Source of the DNA: Laspinema olomoucense D3b
GTDB lineage: Bacteria > Cyanobacteriota > Cyanobacteriia > Cyanobacteriales > Laspinemataceae
Assembly (NCBI RefSeq): GCF_025370785.1
Contig: NZ_JAMXFA010000001.1
Coordinates: 299,902-337,490 of the forward strand
Length of the DNA: 37,589 nt
Direction: 5' to 3'
A program made the position numbers and the translations under genes. Each line of letters opens with the position of its first letter. Position 1 is the stretch's first letter. This document shows positions 29,160-37,589 of the stretch, piece by piece. The notes beneath the pieces were generated by a model, which was given only the letters and a program-made list of their open reading frames with translations, was not told where the DNA came from and made no database searches.

Positions 29160-30476
29160 GTGACACAGAACGTGACGCAATCGCTACAGAAGACAATCCA
29201 TCGCACGGTTTTGAAGAATGGCATGGTGGTGATTGCCGTGGAAAATCCCGCCGCTGATATCATTGCTGCCCGGATTTTTATCAATGCCGGGAGTTCTTGG
29301 GAGTCCCCAACTCAGGCGGGATTGTCACATCTGCTGTCGGCGGTGTTGACGAAGGGGACCGAACGGCGATCGTCCCTAGAAATTGCGGAACTGGTGGAGT
29401 CCGTGGGGGCCACCCTGAGCACCGATACGACGCCGGATTATTTTTTGCTGAGTTTGAAGACAGTTTCGGGGGATTTTCCGGAGTTGTTGCGTCTGTCTTC
29501 TGAACTGTTGCGATCGCCCACTTTTCCCGAGTCTGAGGTGGAACTAGAACGCCGTCTGACCCTGCAAGGAATTCGCTCTCAGCAGGAACAACCGTTTACC
29601 ATTGGCTATGACCAAATGCGGCGAGCGATGTACCCCGATCACCCCTACGCTAGTTCGGTTCTGGGAACGGAAGCCACTGTATCTCAGTTGACTCGGGAAG
29701 ATTTACAAACCTATCATCAGACCTATTTTCGCCCCGATCGCATCGTGATTAGTCTGACGGGTCGAATTGCTCCAGATGAAGCAACGGCGTTGGTTGAATC
29801 CGTATTTGGAGATTGGCAGGCCCCTTCGGTTTCGGTCCCACCGTTGGAATTACCCCGGTTAAAACCCAATCCCCGCTTTCTCAGTTCCATCCAGGATACT
29901 CAACAGTCGATCGTGATGGCGGGGTATCTGGGTGCTTCGGTCCTTGGAAATGACCCCTTGAATCCCAACCCCAGGGATTATGCCATCCTCAAGTTACTCA
30001 ATACCTATTTAGGAAATGGGTTATCCAGTCGGTTATTTGTGGAACTCCGGGAAAAACGGGGTTTAGCCTATGATGTTTCGGCATTCTACCCGACTCGTCT
30101 ACGGGAAGCTGCGTTTGTGGTTTATATGGGGACTGCTCATGAAAATACAGCGATCGCCCTTAAATGCCTACAAACTGAAGTGGAGCGTCTGAGCACGACC
30201 ACCCTACTGGATGAAGAGTTACAATCGGCCAAAAATAAGCTCCTCGGTCAATATGCTCTAGGCAAGCAAACCAACGCTCAAATCGCTCAAGTCTTTGGCT
30301 GGTATGAAATTTTGGGTCTAGGCATCGATTTTGATACGCGCTTCACCGAAGAGGTGGCCGGAATTTCCCCAGCGGAGGCCCAGGAAGCAGCCAGTCGCTA
30401 TCTGACTCAAGCTTACGTCTCTCTGGTTGGACCCTCCGAGGCGATCGCCCCTTTATGTGAATCCGTTGCCTATTAA
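29160..30476 (+). CDS. M16-family peptidase paralogue lacking the HxxEH motif (non-catalytic partner subunit).
   Basis: Same fold signatures as the upstream gene, but it has HLLSAV in place of HxxEH. GTG start. 438 aa. Confidence 0.85.
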   Translation: MTQNVTQSLQKTIHRTVLKNGMVVIAVENPAADIIAARIFINAGSSWESPTQAGLSHLLSAVLTKGTERRSSLEIAELVESVGATLSTDTTPDYFLLSLKTVSGDFPELLRLSSELLRSPTFPESEVELERRLTLQGIRSQQEQPFTIGYDQMRRAMYPDHPYASSVLGTEATVSQLTREDLQTYHQTYFRPDRIVISLTGRIAPDEATALVESVFGDWQAPSVSVPPLELPRLKPNPRFLSSIQDTQQSIVMAGYLGASVLGNDPLNPNPRDYAILKLLNTYLGNGLSSRLFVELREKRGLAYDVSAFYPTRLREAAFVVYMGTAHENTAIALKCLQTEVERLSTTTLLDEELQSAKNKLLGQYALGKQTNAQIAQVFGWYEILGLGIDFDTRFTEEVAGISPAEAQEAASRYLTQAYVSLVGPSEAIAPLCESVAY

Positions 30477-30587
30477 TGCCACAGAACGGAGGCAAAATTT
30501 TAGGAAAGGCACTAAAACCCGTCATCATTTTCCCCGGATCACCGGCTAAAATCAGCACTAAATTAGTCGAGTAGGAGGTTAGAGACA

Positions 30588-31187
30588 TTGACAAAGGTCG
30601 TATTTAATCCAATGGGCTGGATCCGGTCCAAAGCTAACCTGATGGTATGCAGTTTATCTCTGGTTTTGATGTCGTTGCCGATCGCGGCGATCGCCCAGCA
30701 GACCCCTTTTGTGCAGCGATCGACATTGCAACTTGGAACCCAAGGTCAACAAGTCACTGAACTGCAAGCGGTCCTTAAACTGATGGGATATTACAATGGA
30801 CCTGTGGATGGCATTTATAGCGAAGGCACAGTAAGAGGCGTTTCCGCCTTTCAGCAGGCAGCCGGATTAACCCCCGATGGAATAGTCGGAGACGGAACCT
30901 GGAATCGCCTATTTCCGCCCTCCCCTGGCGCACTTTCCTCCGGTGTTGTTAATCCCGCGTCCGTGCCCTTTATTCAATCCTCCCGTCCCATCCTGCGACA
31001 AGGCATGGAAAGTGATTGGGTAGCGCAACTCCAACAGCGCCTCAATCAAATGGGCTTTTTTGAAGGCTCCCCCACGGGAGTCTTCGGCCCGCGAACCGAG
31101 GCATCTGTCCGAGCATTGCAAAGCCGCTACAATTTAGAACCCGATGGCATTGTCGGCCCTTCCACTTGGGCCATTCTGTTTCCTTAA
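30588..31187 (+). CDS. Secreted protein with two peptidoglycan-binding (PG_binding_1) domains.
   Basis: Signal-peptide-like N-terminus. Two repeats of the 'LQ..L...GYY.G..DG.....T..A...FQ...GL..DGIVG..TW..L' pattern. TTG start with TAGGAGG 8 nt upstream. Confidence 0.75.
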   Translation: MTKVVFNPMGWIRSKANLMVCSLSLVLMSLPIAAIAQQTPFVQRSTLQLGTQGQQVTELQAVLKLMGYYNGPVDGIYSEGTVRGVSAFQQAAGLTPDGIVGDGTWNRLFPPSPGALSSGVVNPASVPFIQSSRPILRQGMESDWVAQLQQRLNQMGFFEGSPTGVFGPRTEASVRALQSRYNLEPDGIVGPSTWAILFP

Positions 31188-31814
31188 GGGTATTCCAACA
31201 AATAAATCATCCATATCCGATGCGATCGCACCTAACAAGACACTCTTAGCCCGCGCAGGCGGGCTTCGTCCGTGTAGCCTCCGGGCTTGACGCTGTGGGG
31301 CTTTTTGGCGGTTTTATTTGTTGGAGTTCCCTAATTCCCCATCTGTTGCCCTCGCCGGGGTCCGGCGAGGACTTTCAGAAGGCTGCTTATTCAAGTAATA
31401 ATGCTTATAAAAAACCGGATTTTTGGCGAATTGCTAACAAATGTAACAGAAAAGATTGCAGGAAGTAAATCTCTGTAAAGTTTATTAAACAAAGGGTTGC
31501 ATCTCAAAAATTTGTGTTAGTTTATAAATATGACGCGAGCAGGAAATAAAACTTCAACGCCAAACCAGTTTTTGAGATTAGAGCTCTGCGTCATCCCGCT
31601 CTAATCTGCCCGTAGTGAAGCAGCGGCGAGCATCCCAGCAAAAAGGTGGTGCTTCTGTCTAAGAAAAGTTAGAACTAGAAGCCAAAACTTTGAGTCTGGT
31701 ATAGACTAAGTGGATGCCAACACCAAAAATTTACTGCGTGTTGTTTGTAAACCTTAGTAATTGTTAACCCCACCGTACATCAAGCTGAAAATTAATCTCG
31801 TCAATTTACAGATT

Positions 31815-31856
31815 AAAAGGGTCTAGTCGCCGCCGACTGGACCCTTTTAGTTTTGG
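31815..31856. terminator. Bidirectional-looking intrinsic terminator hairpin.
   Basis: GGGTCTAGTCG-ccg-CCGACTGGACCC with AAAA on the 5' side and TTTTAGTTTTGG on the 3' side. It lies about 105 nt downstream of the aminotransferase stop on the minus strand. Confidence 0.45.
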
Positions 31857-31872
31857 CATTTGTCATTTATCC

Positions 31873-31954
31873 TTGGTCATTGGTTGTTGGTCATTTGTCG
31901 TTGGTCATTTGTCGTTGGTCGTTGGTGATGACCCATGACCAATAACAAATGACC
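31873..31954. repeat. Tandem copies of a 14-mer (TTGGTCATTTGTCG) adjoining an inverted copy, forming a long imperfect palindrome.
   Basis: Read directly: ttggtcattggttg, ttggtcatttgtcg, ttggtcatttgtcg, ttggtcg, ttggtgatgacc, then catgaccaataacaaatgacc. Confidence 0.6.
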
Positions 31955-31960
31955 CCGAGA

Positions 31961-33169
31961 TTAACTACCTGTAACTAAAGCTGGCATTTCTCCACAAATC
32001 CCTGCTTGTTTGAGGCGATCGAGGGCAACACCGAGGCGATCGCACTCCTGAATTAAACTAATCCGCACATACCCTTCACCACCGGATCCAAAGGCATTCC
32101 CTGGCGTTAACACCACCCCAGTTTTATTCAATACCGACTCGATAAACTCTTCGGAACTATCACCAAAGGGACATTTCGCCCAAACATAGAACGTCGCTTC
32201 CGGATTCTTCACACTCCATCCCAGTTCGCGCAACCCTTGCACCAAGAAATCGCGCCGCGCCCGATACCGCGCCTGCACTTCATGGATATAAACATCAGGC
32301 AAATGTAGCGCCGCTGCTGCTGCTGCTTGGACTACAGCAAACATCCCATAATCCATATTTGTTTTTAACCGGCGTAAATTCTTAATGACGCTAGAATTGC
32401 CTACGGCAAAACCTACCCGCCATCCTGCCATATTGTAGGTTTTAGAAAGGGTATGGAACTCGACTCCAATCTCTTTCGCACCGGGAATTTCTAGCAAGCT
32501 CGTCGGATGATAGCCATCGTAGGCTAATTCTGCGTAGCACATATCATGCACCAGCAAAATTTCATGACGACGAGCAAAAGCAACTACTTCCTCAAAAAAT
32601 TCCCGAGGTGCGGTGGCAGTGGTGGGGTTGTTGGGATAGTTGAAGTAGAGAATTTTAGCCCGTTTTGCCACCTCGTCGGGAATTGTCGCCAGATCAATCA
32701 ACCAGTCGTTTTTCTCGGAAAGAACGATTTCATGAATTTCCCCTCCAGCAATTAAGGGACCCCGGAAATGAGCGGGGTAACCGGGACTCGGGACTAAAAT
32801 CAAGTCCCCGGGATTGACATAAGCGAGGGCAAAGTGAGTTAAACCTTCTTTGGAACCGAGAACCGGCAACGCTTCAGTTTCGGGATCTAGGGAGACATCG
32901 TAGCGACGGTTGTACCATTCACAGATGGCTTGACGAAAGCTATCGGTGCCGCCAACAGGAGGATAGCCGTGGGTTTTGGTATCTTGCAAGGCGGCGATCG
33001 CGGTTTCCACCACAGCAACGGGGGTGGGCCCATCCGGGTTGCCCATGCCTAAGTCGATTAAGTCAATTCCTTGCGATCGCGCCCCGGCTTTCAGTTCGTC
33101 AAGGCGCGCAAAGACATAAGCCGGAAGTTGCTGCAAACGTTGAGCCGGTTGGATCCAATCTAAAGTCAT
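31961..33169 (-). CDS. Class I/II pyridoxal-phosphate aminotransferase, LL-diaminopimelate-aminotransferase-like (methanogen-type DapL/AspC family).
   Basis: 'LPAYVFARLDELKA...DLIDLGMGNPD' N-terminus and the PLP-lysine context 'FHTLSKTYNMAGWRVGF'. The ATG at 33169 (MTLDW...) is preferred over the tracker's TTG at 33211. Confidence 0.8.
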   Translation of the reverse strand: MTLDWIQPAQRLQQLPAYVFARLDELKAGARSQGIDLIDLGMGNPDGPTPVAVVETAIAALQDTKTHGYPPVGGTDSFRQAICEWYNRRYDVSLDPETEALPVLGSKEGLTHFALAYVNPGDLILVPSPGYPAHFRGPLIAGGEIHEIVLSEKNDWLIDLATIPDEVAKRAKILYFNYPNNPTTATAPREFFEEVVAFARRHEILLVHDMCYAELAYDGYHPTSLLEIPGAKEIGVEFHTLSKTYNMAGWRVGFAVGNSSVIKNLRRLKTNMDYGMFAVVQAAAAAALHLPDVYIHEVQARYRARRDFLVQGLRELGWSVKNPEATFYVWAKCPFGDSSEEFIESVLNKTGVVLTPGNAFGSGGEGYVRISLIQECDRLGVALDRLKQAGICGEMPALVTGS

Positions 33170-33332
33170 GGGCGTTGTGCGCGGAAAAACCGCGATCTCC
33201 TTTTGTTGCAAAAAAAACTACAAGTAGACATTTAATCGCCAAAAGGTCACGAGGGATACAGAATTTAAAAAATAAACCGTCTATCCCGATGGACCTAGGT
33301 TGAGGCTGAGCACTTCTCCCCACTCAATCCAG

Positions 33333-34544
33333 TTAGGCAGTGGCTGCGTCAAGGACCTCTGAGGTTTCTTTTACGACTCCCCCCTGATCTACCCCGGAAC
33401 GCCGAGACTCAACGGGTGCGGTTGTGGAAACCATTGCTGCCATCAGTTGTTCGGGTACGACGGTAAAGGGTAGCCGATGAATATCAGAATTCGGTGCACA
33501 AGCAATTTCAGCGGCATGGTACAGTTCCCCCAAAGTGACCGTTTCTAAGCCTAAATCCATTAAGTTTTGGGGTAGCCCAATCTCGGAATAGAACTTTAAG
33601 AGTTGCTGCCTTGCACTGGCGGCTAATTGGTTCCCTTGGAGCATTTCTTCCAGGCGCAGTTGCACCAAAATACCATAGGCGACTTTCTCCCCATGCAGGG
33701 TATCATGAGCGGCTAACAGGTGGGTTAAGCCATTATGCACCGCATGAGCGGCAACGGTGCGGCATTGAGCGCCCCCGAGTCCCCCAATGACTCCGGCGAG
33801 TAACACCGTAGCATCCACAACTTCCTGCCAAACTTCTCCTCCGGGACTGGCGAGTGCCTGGGCGGATTTTTGGAACAATAGGTCCCGCAACACCCGGGCT
33901 TGTTGGACGGCGGCGATAATTAGGGTTTGTTCGGAATGTCCGCTACTGACTGAGGCTTCATACCATTTGGCGATCGCATCCCCAATTCCAGCAACTAACG
34001 TGCGTTGTGGCGCAGTTTGAATCAAGTCATAATCGAGAATCAGGACATCAGGACATTTGGGAAGGGGGACATCGTAGAGAAAGGCACCCTGATCGGAATA
34101 GATATTCGATAAGGCAGTCCAAGCGGCACAGGTAGCAGCAGAGGTGGGAATGGTGATAATGGGCAATCCACAGCGATAGGCTAGTAGTTTGGCTGCATCG
34201 AGGGATTTACCGCCCCCAGTTCCGATAATCAGATCCGCTTGATGGGTGGCAACGGCTTCTTGCAGTCGGGTGAGACTGGCTTCGCTACAGTCGGGACTAT
34301 AGGAAGCAGAGGCGATCGCTAGTTGATATTGGGCAATGGCGGGTTGTAACCGTTCCGTCAGCAGTTGATTAGAGTTCTCGCCCCCCACAATTAAGGGACG
34401 ATGCCCGTATCGGGCGATCACAGCGCCGGATTGTTCCAAACAGCCCTTTGAGCGAATCACTTGGGCGGGTGCAATACTGAGCATTGGCAGCACAGCAACA
34501 GGATTCGAGTTCGGCGTTGAGGAAGCAAAATTCTGATGGGGCAT
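33333..34544 (-). CDS. Glycerol dehydrogenase-like enzyme (iron-containing alcohol dehydrogenase superfamily).
   Basis: GGGKSLDAAK NAD-binding loop, 'IPTSAATCAAWT' and metal-binding His motifs. 403 aa; start uncertain, with an internal ATG at MLSIAPAQ. Confidence 0.8.
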   Translation of the reverse strand: MPHQNFASSTPNSNPVAVLPMLSIAPAQVIRSKGCLEQSGAVIARYGHRPLIVGGENSNQLLTERLQPAIAQYQLAIASASYSPDCSEASLTRLQEAVATHQADLIIGTGGGKSLDAAKLLAYRCGLPIITIPTSAATCAAWTALSNIYSDQGAFLYDVPLPKCPDVLILDYDLIQTAPQRTLVAGIGDAIAKWYEASVSSGHSEQTLIIAAVQQARVLRDLLFQKSAQALASPGGEVWQEVVDATVLLAGVIGGLGGAQCRTVAAHAVHNGLTHLLAAHDTLHGEKVAYGILVQLRLEEMLQGNQLAASARQQLLKFYSEIGLPQNLMDLGLETVTLGELYHAAEIACAPNSDIHRLPFTVVPEQLMAAMVSTTAPVESRRSGVDQGGVVKETSEVLDAATA

Positions 34545-34855
34545 ACAGATCTAGAGAAGTTTTGCTGAGGTTTAGCTGGGGTGAGTGGGATGAGTATTTA
34601 TAACTCTACTGTATTCGGGGATTCCCGATTGTGGCGGGGATTTTATCTAAATTTCGGGATTGCGCCCTGACTCTCCCACTGGCGCTCGACCCTGGATATT
34701 TTGATTTTAAGTGGTTTCCCCATCAACCTGCACTCCCGGTTGAGTCATTGTCAGGGAAACTTGTGCTTTAACCAATAACTTTGCCAAAAAAGGGAGGGCT
34801 AAGGTAGTCCACTTGTTGTTTACCACAATTAGATAAGACATTTACATTTTTTTTC

Positions 34856-35038
34856 TTGATTCGCGAAGACCAAAAACAAGCGGCGCGATCGCAGGTGGAG
34901 GCGAAGTTAATCGAGGGTTTGGAGAGTGGCCAACCCATTGAAGTAACTGATGAGTGGTGGGAACGAAAGGGCAGTGCCATTCGGTATGATGTTGTAATGG
35001 GGTTGGTTAGTAGCTCCTTCCTTACTTTTCTGACTTAA
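34856..35038 (+). pseudogene. Remnant of a ParD-family (COG3609) type II antitoxin: C-terminal half only, fused to unrelated sequence.
   Basis: 'IREDQKQAARSQVEAKLIEGLESGQPIEVTDEWWERK' matches the ParD C-terminal region. The N-terminal RHH DNA-binding half is missing, and no ParE toxin follows. Confidence 0.5.
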
Positions 35039-35242
35039 AAGGTAAGCGTAGAAACCCACATTTTCATAAGTATTTTTACTTAAAACAAGATATCACAGGT
35101 TGTTAATAGGACACCTTTTGGCGCTGCTACACACTCCGGCGAAAGTTATGTTGATTTATGTGCATCTACCTATGAGTGTGCTAAACAGATTTATGATATA
35201 GTAAACTGGATCCCAAACATGGAGGGAAAAGGAGAGGTCAAA

Positions 35243-35503
35243 ATGGCAACTCGTCGTCAATTCTCTCCAATGCAAAAGTTAATCATACTGCAACGTGCTG
35301 GATATCGTTGTGAAATATGTGGGGTTCCTCTAACCCCTGATAATTTCCATGCCGATCATAAAATTCCATTCTCGCGCGGAGGCAAGACAGCTATTTATAA
35401 TGGTCAAGCTCTCTGCTGTGGGTGCAACCTCTCTGCTGTGGGTGCAACCTCAAAAAAGGAGCTCGCCAATAATGACCGGATCCTCATACTTCTCCCAACA
35501 TAG
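35243..35503 (+). CDS. Small HNH endonuclease (86 aa as it stands; about 76 aa without the tandem duplication).
   Basis: ATG at 35243 with AAGGAGAG 7 nt upstream. Zinc and catalytic pattern CxxC...HADHKIPxxxGG...N...CxxCN. The 3' end is altered by a 20-bp duplication. Confidence 0.7.
   Translation: MATRRQFSPMQKLIILQRAGYRCEICGVPLTPDNFHADHKIPFSRGGKTAIYNGQALCCGCNLSAVGATSKKELANNDRILILLPT
35409..35450 (+). repeat. Perfect tandem duplication of a 20-bp segment (CTCTGCTGTGGGTGCAACCT x2) inside the HNH gene.
   Basis: Read directly; the two copies are identical and adjacent. The length is not a multiple of 3, so the HNH C-terminal tail is frameshifted and extended across the helicase start. Confidence 0.9.
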
Positions 35504-37559
35504 CTCTATAGTTATTAAGAGCCTGGTTGAGGATAAGACCAAACTGTACCCTCATCAAAAGGAAGGCTTGTTAAAAATCCTTGACATGGGAGTTAAGGGT
35601 GAGTTGTTACCAGAGCGTCGTCGGGGTGATGGTGGAGCAGCTTTTCTGCTAGTAGGGGTAGGATGCGGAAAAACAGTGATTCTGCAAGCCACTCCATACT
35701 TGCTTGGATCCCACGTTCGTGGCCGACAAGTCATCTTCTTATCCGATAACTGTACGCTTCGGCAACGGGTGATGGACGACTTTCCCACAAAGAAAGCGGG
35801 AAAACAATATTTCCCAGATCAAGGTAAATGGCCGTTGTATAAGTATGGCTTATTAAATCCAGGCACTCCGCCTCCACAAATTGCGGAATTGAAACCCGAA
35901 ATTAATACTTACAAGTTCTCTATAGATAAAGCAGACATTTTAGTGGTAAATCGACAATTTTTGATTAACCTAGTCAAGAATGTAGCTATAGATCCACAAA
36001 AAGTGGGGTTAATAGTGGTTGATGAAGCTCATCATAGTGCAGCTGCCACGTATAGAGCAATTTTCAATTATTTTAATCAGGCCAGTCTTGTATTTTTAAC
36101 AGGAACTCGACATAGAGGTGATGGTGAACCCCTACCATTCGTTAAATATGAAATAGTAGAAGAGGAAGAAGAGAATGGCCGTATAGTTACAAAACGTGCC
36201 CCAAGACCCAACTTTGAGTTTACGATTCAAGATGCCTGGAAGCTCGACCCACCCATTATCAAAAAAATTGCTTTTTCTCCTGCTAGATCGGAAGGGTTTA
36301 AAGTCGAAGAGGATGGCGAAGAACGGGAATATACTGCCCAAGATTTTTTTATCAAGGCAGAAACTGATCGGCAATGGTTTAGGCAATGTATTCTCGCCAA
36401 TTCATTCTGTGAGCCAGTTTTAGATAGGGCTGTTGAAGTTTTAGAGCTTAAGCGTCAGGAAAAGCGACCTCATCGAATGATTATTAGGGCGCTGAATATT
36501 CCTCATGCAGAACGCCTGCATAAGCTATGTCAAAATTATGACTTGTTAAAAGGGAGAGTGGGATTAATTCATTCTCAAATGGATGAGTATGACTCAGAGG
36601 GTAGACCCAGTGATGTGTTAGAGAAATTCTACAAGGATGAATACATTGCTTTAATTCACGTTTCAATGGTAGGGGAAGGCTTTAATGAACCTTATGCTTC
36701 TGTATCGGTTCCTCTGTGCGTTATGCGCTCAATCCAGAAAGCGGAACAGGAATTTGGTCGCATTATCCGGAAAGTAGAGGGTGGGATACCAGAAAACGAT
36801 GCTGATTTTAAGGCAGAGAATCTAGCAGTTGTTGTCACCCATGAAGCTTTGGGCATCGCTGAACTGTTTGAAAAATTTAAAGCGGGTGAAGAAGCGACTG
36901 CGATTGAAGATGACCTAGAGGAAGAACAAGCGGAGTTTGGTCGAAGCCGATTCTTGACAGACGATTATCACGCAGGCCATAACTTACTACACATTAATAG
37001 CACAGATCGTCTAGAAAAAGGCGACCAACTGACAGTCAAGAAGTATGATAGTGAAGGCAAAGAGAAGAGATATTACTTTTCTGTAGAAGAGATTATCGGT
37101 GAAGGAACTCTTCAAGTTGCTCCTGTAGAAGAGAACATACCCAAAGACAGTCTGGCTCGAAAATCAAGCAATATTGAAAATAGTTCTACCCAATTTAAAG
37201 GTCATGTTGGTCTGGAATGGTATTTATTTATAGATGGTGAGTATGTAACCCTTACTGATTACTGTAAAAAAGAAGCAGTCCGGCGAAAAGGTTTTAAAAT
37301 TGATGAAAATGGAGAGATTGCTCGTCTTGATGGCAAGAAAATCAAGGATTTTGGGCCAGAACTTTATCAGCTTGCTTTAGAAGGAATAGCACGAGAAGCA
37401 GAAAAGATAGAGATCCCCTACACTAAGCTAGTGTCTTGCAGGCCCGACCGAGAAAAAGAAGATCTGCAAAAATCTTATCTAAAAAAAATAAATAAAGCTA
37501 TTAATGGCTTTTTAAGCAGTCATGCAAAATTAATTGCATATTTACCAAGTTTAATGTAA
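35472..37559 (+). CDS. SF2 DEAH-box helicase (ResIII-like core) with a C-terminal extension of roughly 260 aa of unknown function.
   Basis: Motif I LVGVGCGKT, motif II VVDEAHH, motif III FLTGT, motif V MVGEGFNEP, motif VI QEFGRIIRK. The ATG at 35472 overlaps the ancestral HNH stop as TAATG. The ORF tracker's start at 35349 is read-through of the HNH gene in another frame. 695 aa. Confidence 0.8.
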   Translation: MTGSSYFSQHSSIVIKSLVEDKTKLYPHQKEGLLKILDMGVKGELLPERRRGDGGAAFLLVGVGCGKTVILQATPYLLGSHVRGRQVIFLSDNCTLRQRVMDDFPTKKAGKQYFPDQGKWPLYKYGLLNPGTPPPQIAELKPEINTYKFSIDKADILVVNRQFLINLVKNVAIDPQKVGLIVVDEAHHSAAATYRAIFNYFNQASLVFLTGTRHRGDGEPLPFVKYEIVEEEEENGRIVTKRAPRPNFEFTIQDAWKLDPPIIKKIAFSPARSEGFKVEEDGEEREYTAQDFFIKAETDRQWFRQCILANSFCEPVLDRAVEVLELKRQEKRPHRMIIRALNIPHAERLHKLCQNYDLLKGRVGLIHSQMDEYDSEGRPSDVLEKFYKDEYIALIHVSMVGEGFNEPYASVSVPLCVMRSIQKAEQEFGRIIRKVEGGIPENDADFKAENLAVVVTHEALGIAELFEKFKAGEEATAIEDDLEEEQAEFGRSRFLTDDYHAGHNLLHINSTDRLEKGDQLTVKKYDSEGKEKRYYFSVEEIIGEGTLQVAPVEENIPKDSLARKSSNIENSSTQFKGHVGLEWYLFIDGEYVTLTDYCKKEAVRRKGFKIDENGEIARLDGKKIKDFGPELYQLALEGIAREAEKIEIPYTKLVSCRPDREKEDLQKSYLKKINKAINGFLSSHAKLIAYLPSLM

Positions 37560-37589
37560 AATATGCAATATTAGGCATTAAAACGCAGA

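Noticed and set aside
35349-35471. N-terminal 41-aa extension of the helicase ORF given by the tracker.
   Set aside because: This stretch is the HNH gene read in another frame. The helicase ATG at 35472 overlaps the ancestral HNH stop as TAATG, and the helicase motifs begin shortly after it.

Overview
This 37.6-kb window is a cyanobacterial chromosomal segment. It is dense in the octamer GCGATCGC (HIP1), and its gene content fits a filamentous cyanobacterium: tandem mgtE genes, a membrane-anchored WD40 protein, clpP, RNase R, ubiX, an M16 peptidase pair, and an aminotransferase with a glycerol-dehydrogenase-like gene. Three accessory patches interrupt the housekeeping genes.

- **Toxin-antitoxin (TA) cluster, about 8.9-10.2 kb.** A solitary TIGR02574-like antitoxin sits beside a complete DUF1778 antitoxin plus GNAT toxin operon. 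The pair is translationally coupled through a TAATG overlap, and a palindromic operator lies inside its promoter.
- **Primase and tandem array, about 13-19 kb.** A P4/CyRepA-like zinc-finger, Toprim and NTPase primase (821 aa) is followed by an array of eight units of 240-330 bp. Each unit carries three conserved hairpins that keep their pairing through compensatory base changes, separated by variable tails. A 1.2-kb non-coding stretch upstream holds a composite direct and inverted repeat.
- **AT-rich island at the window end, from about 35.05 kb.** This 2.5-kb stretch has no HIP1 sites. It encodes a small HNH nuclease translationally coupled to a 695-aa DEAH-box helicase with an uncharacterised C-terminal extension of roughly 260 aa. 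A perfect 20-bp tandem duplication frameshifts the HNH tail, and a ParD-antitoxin remnant lies just upstream. This is the strongest candidate for an undescribed defence or mobile-element module, and the window cuts it off.

Other points: ubiX appears to need a non-canonical ATT/ATC start codon, and a small family of nested palindromic repeats occupies two intergenic regions. No tRNA, rRNA or CRISPR array was found.
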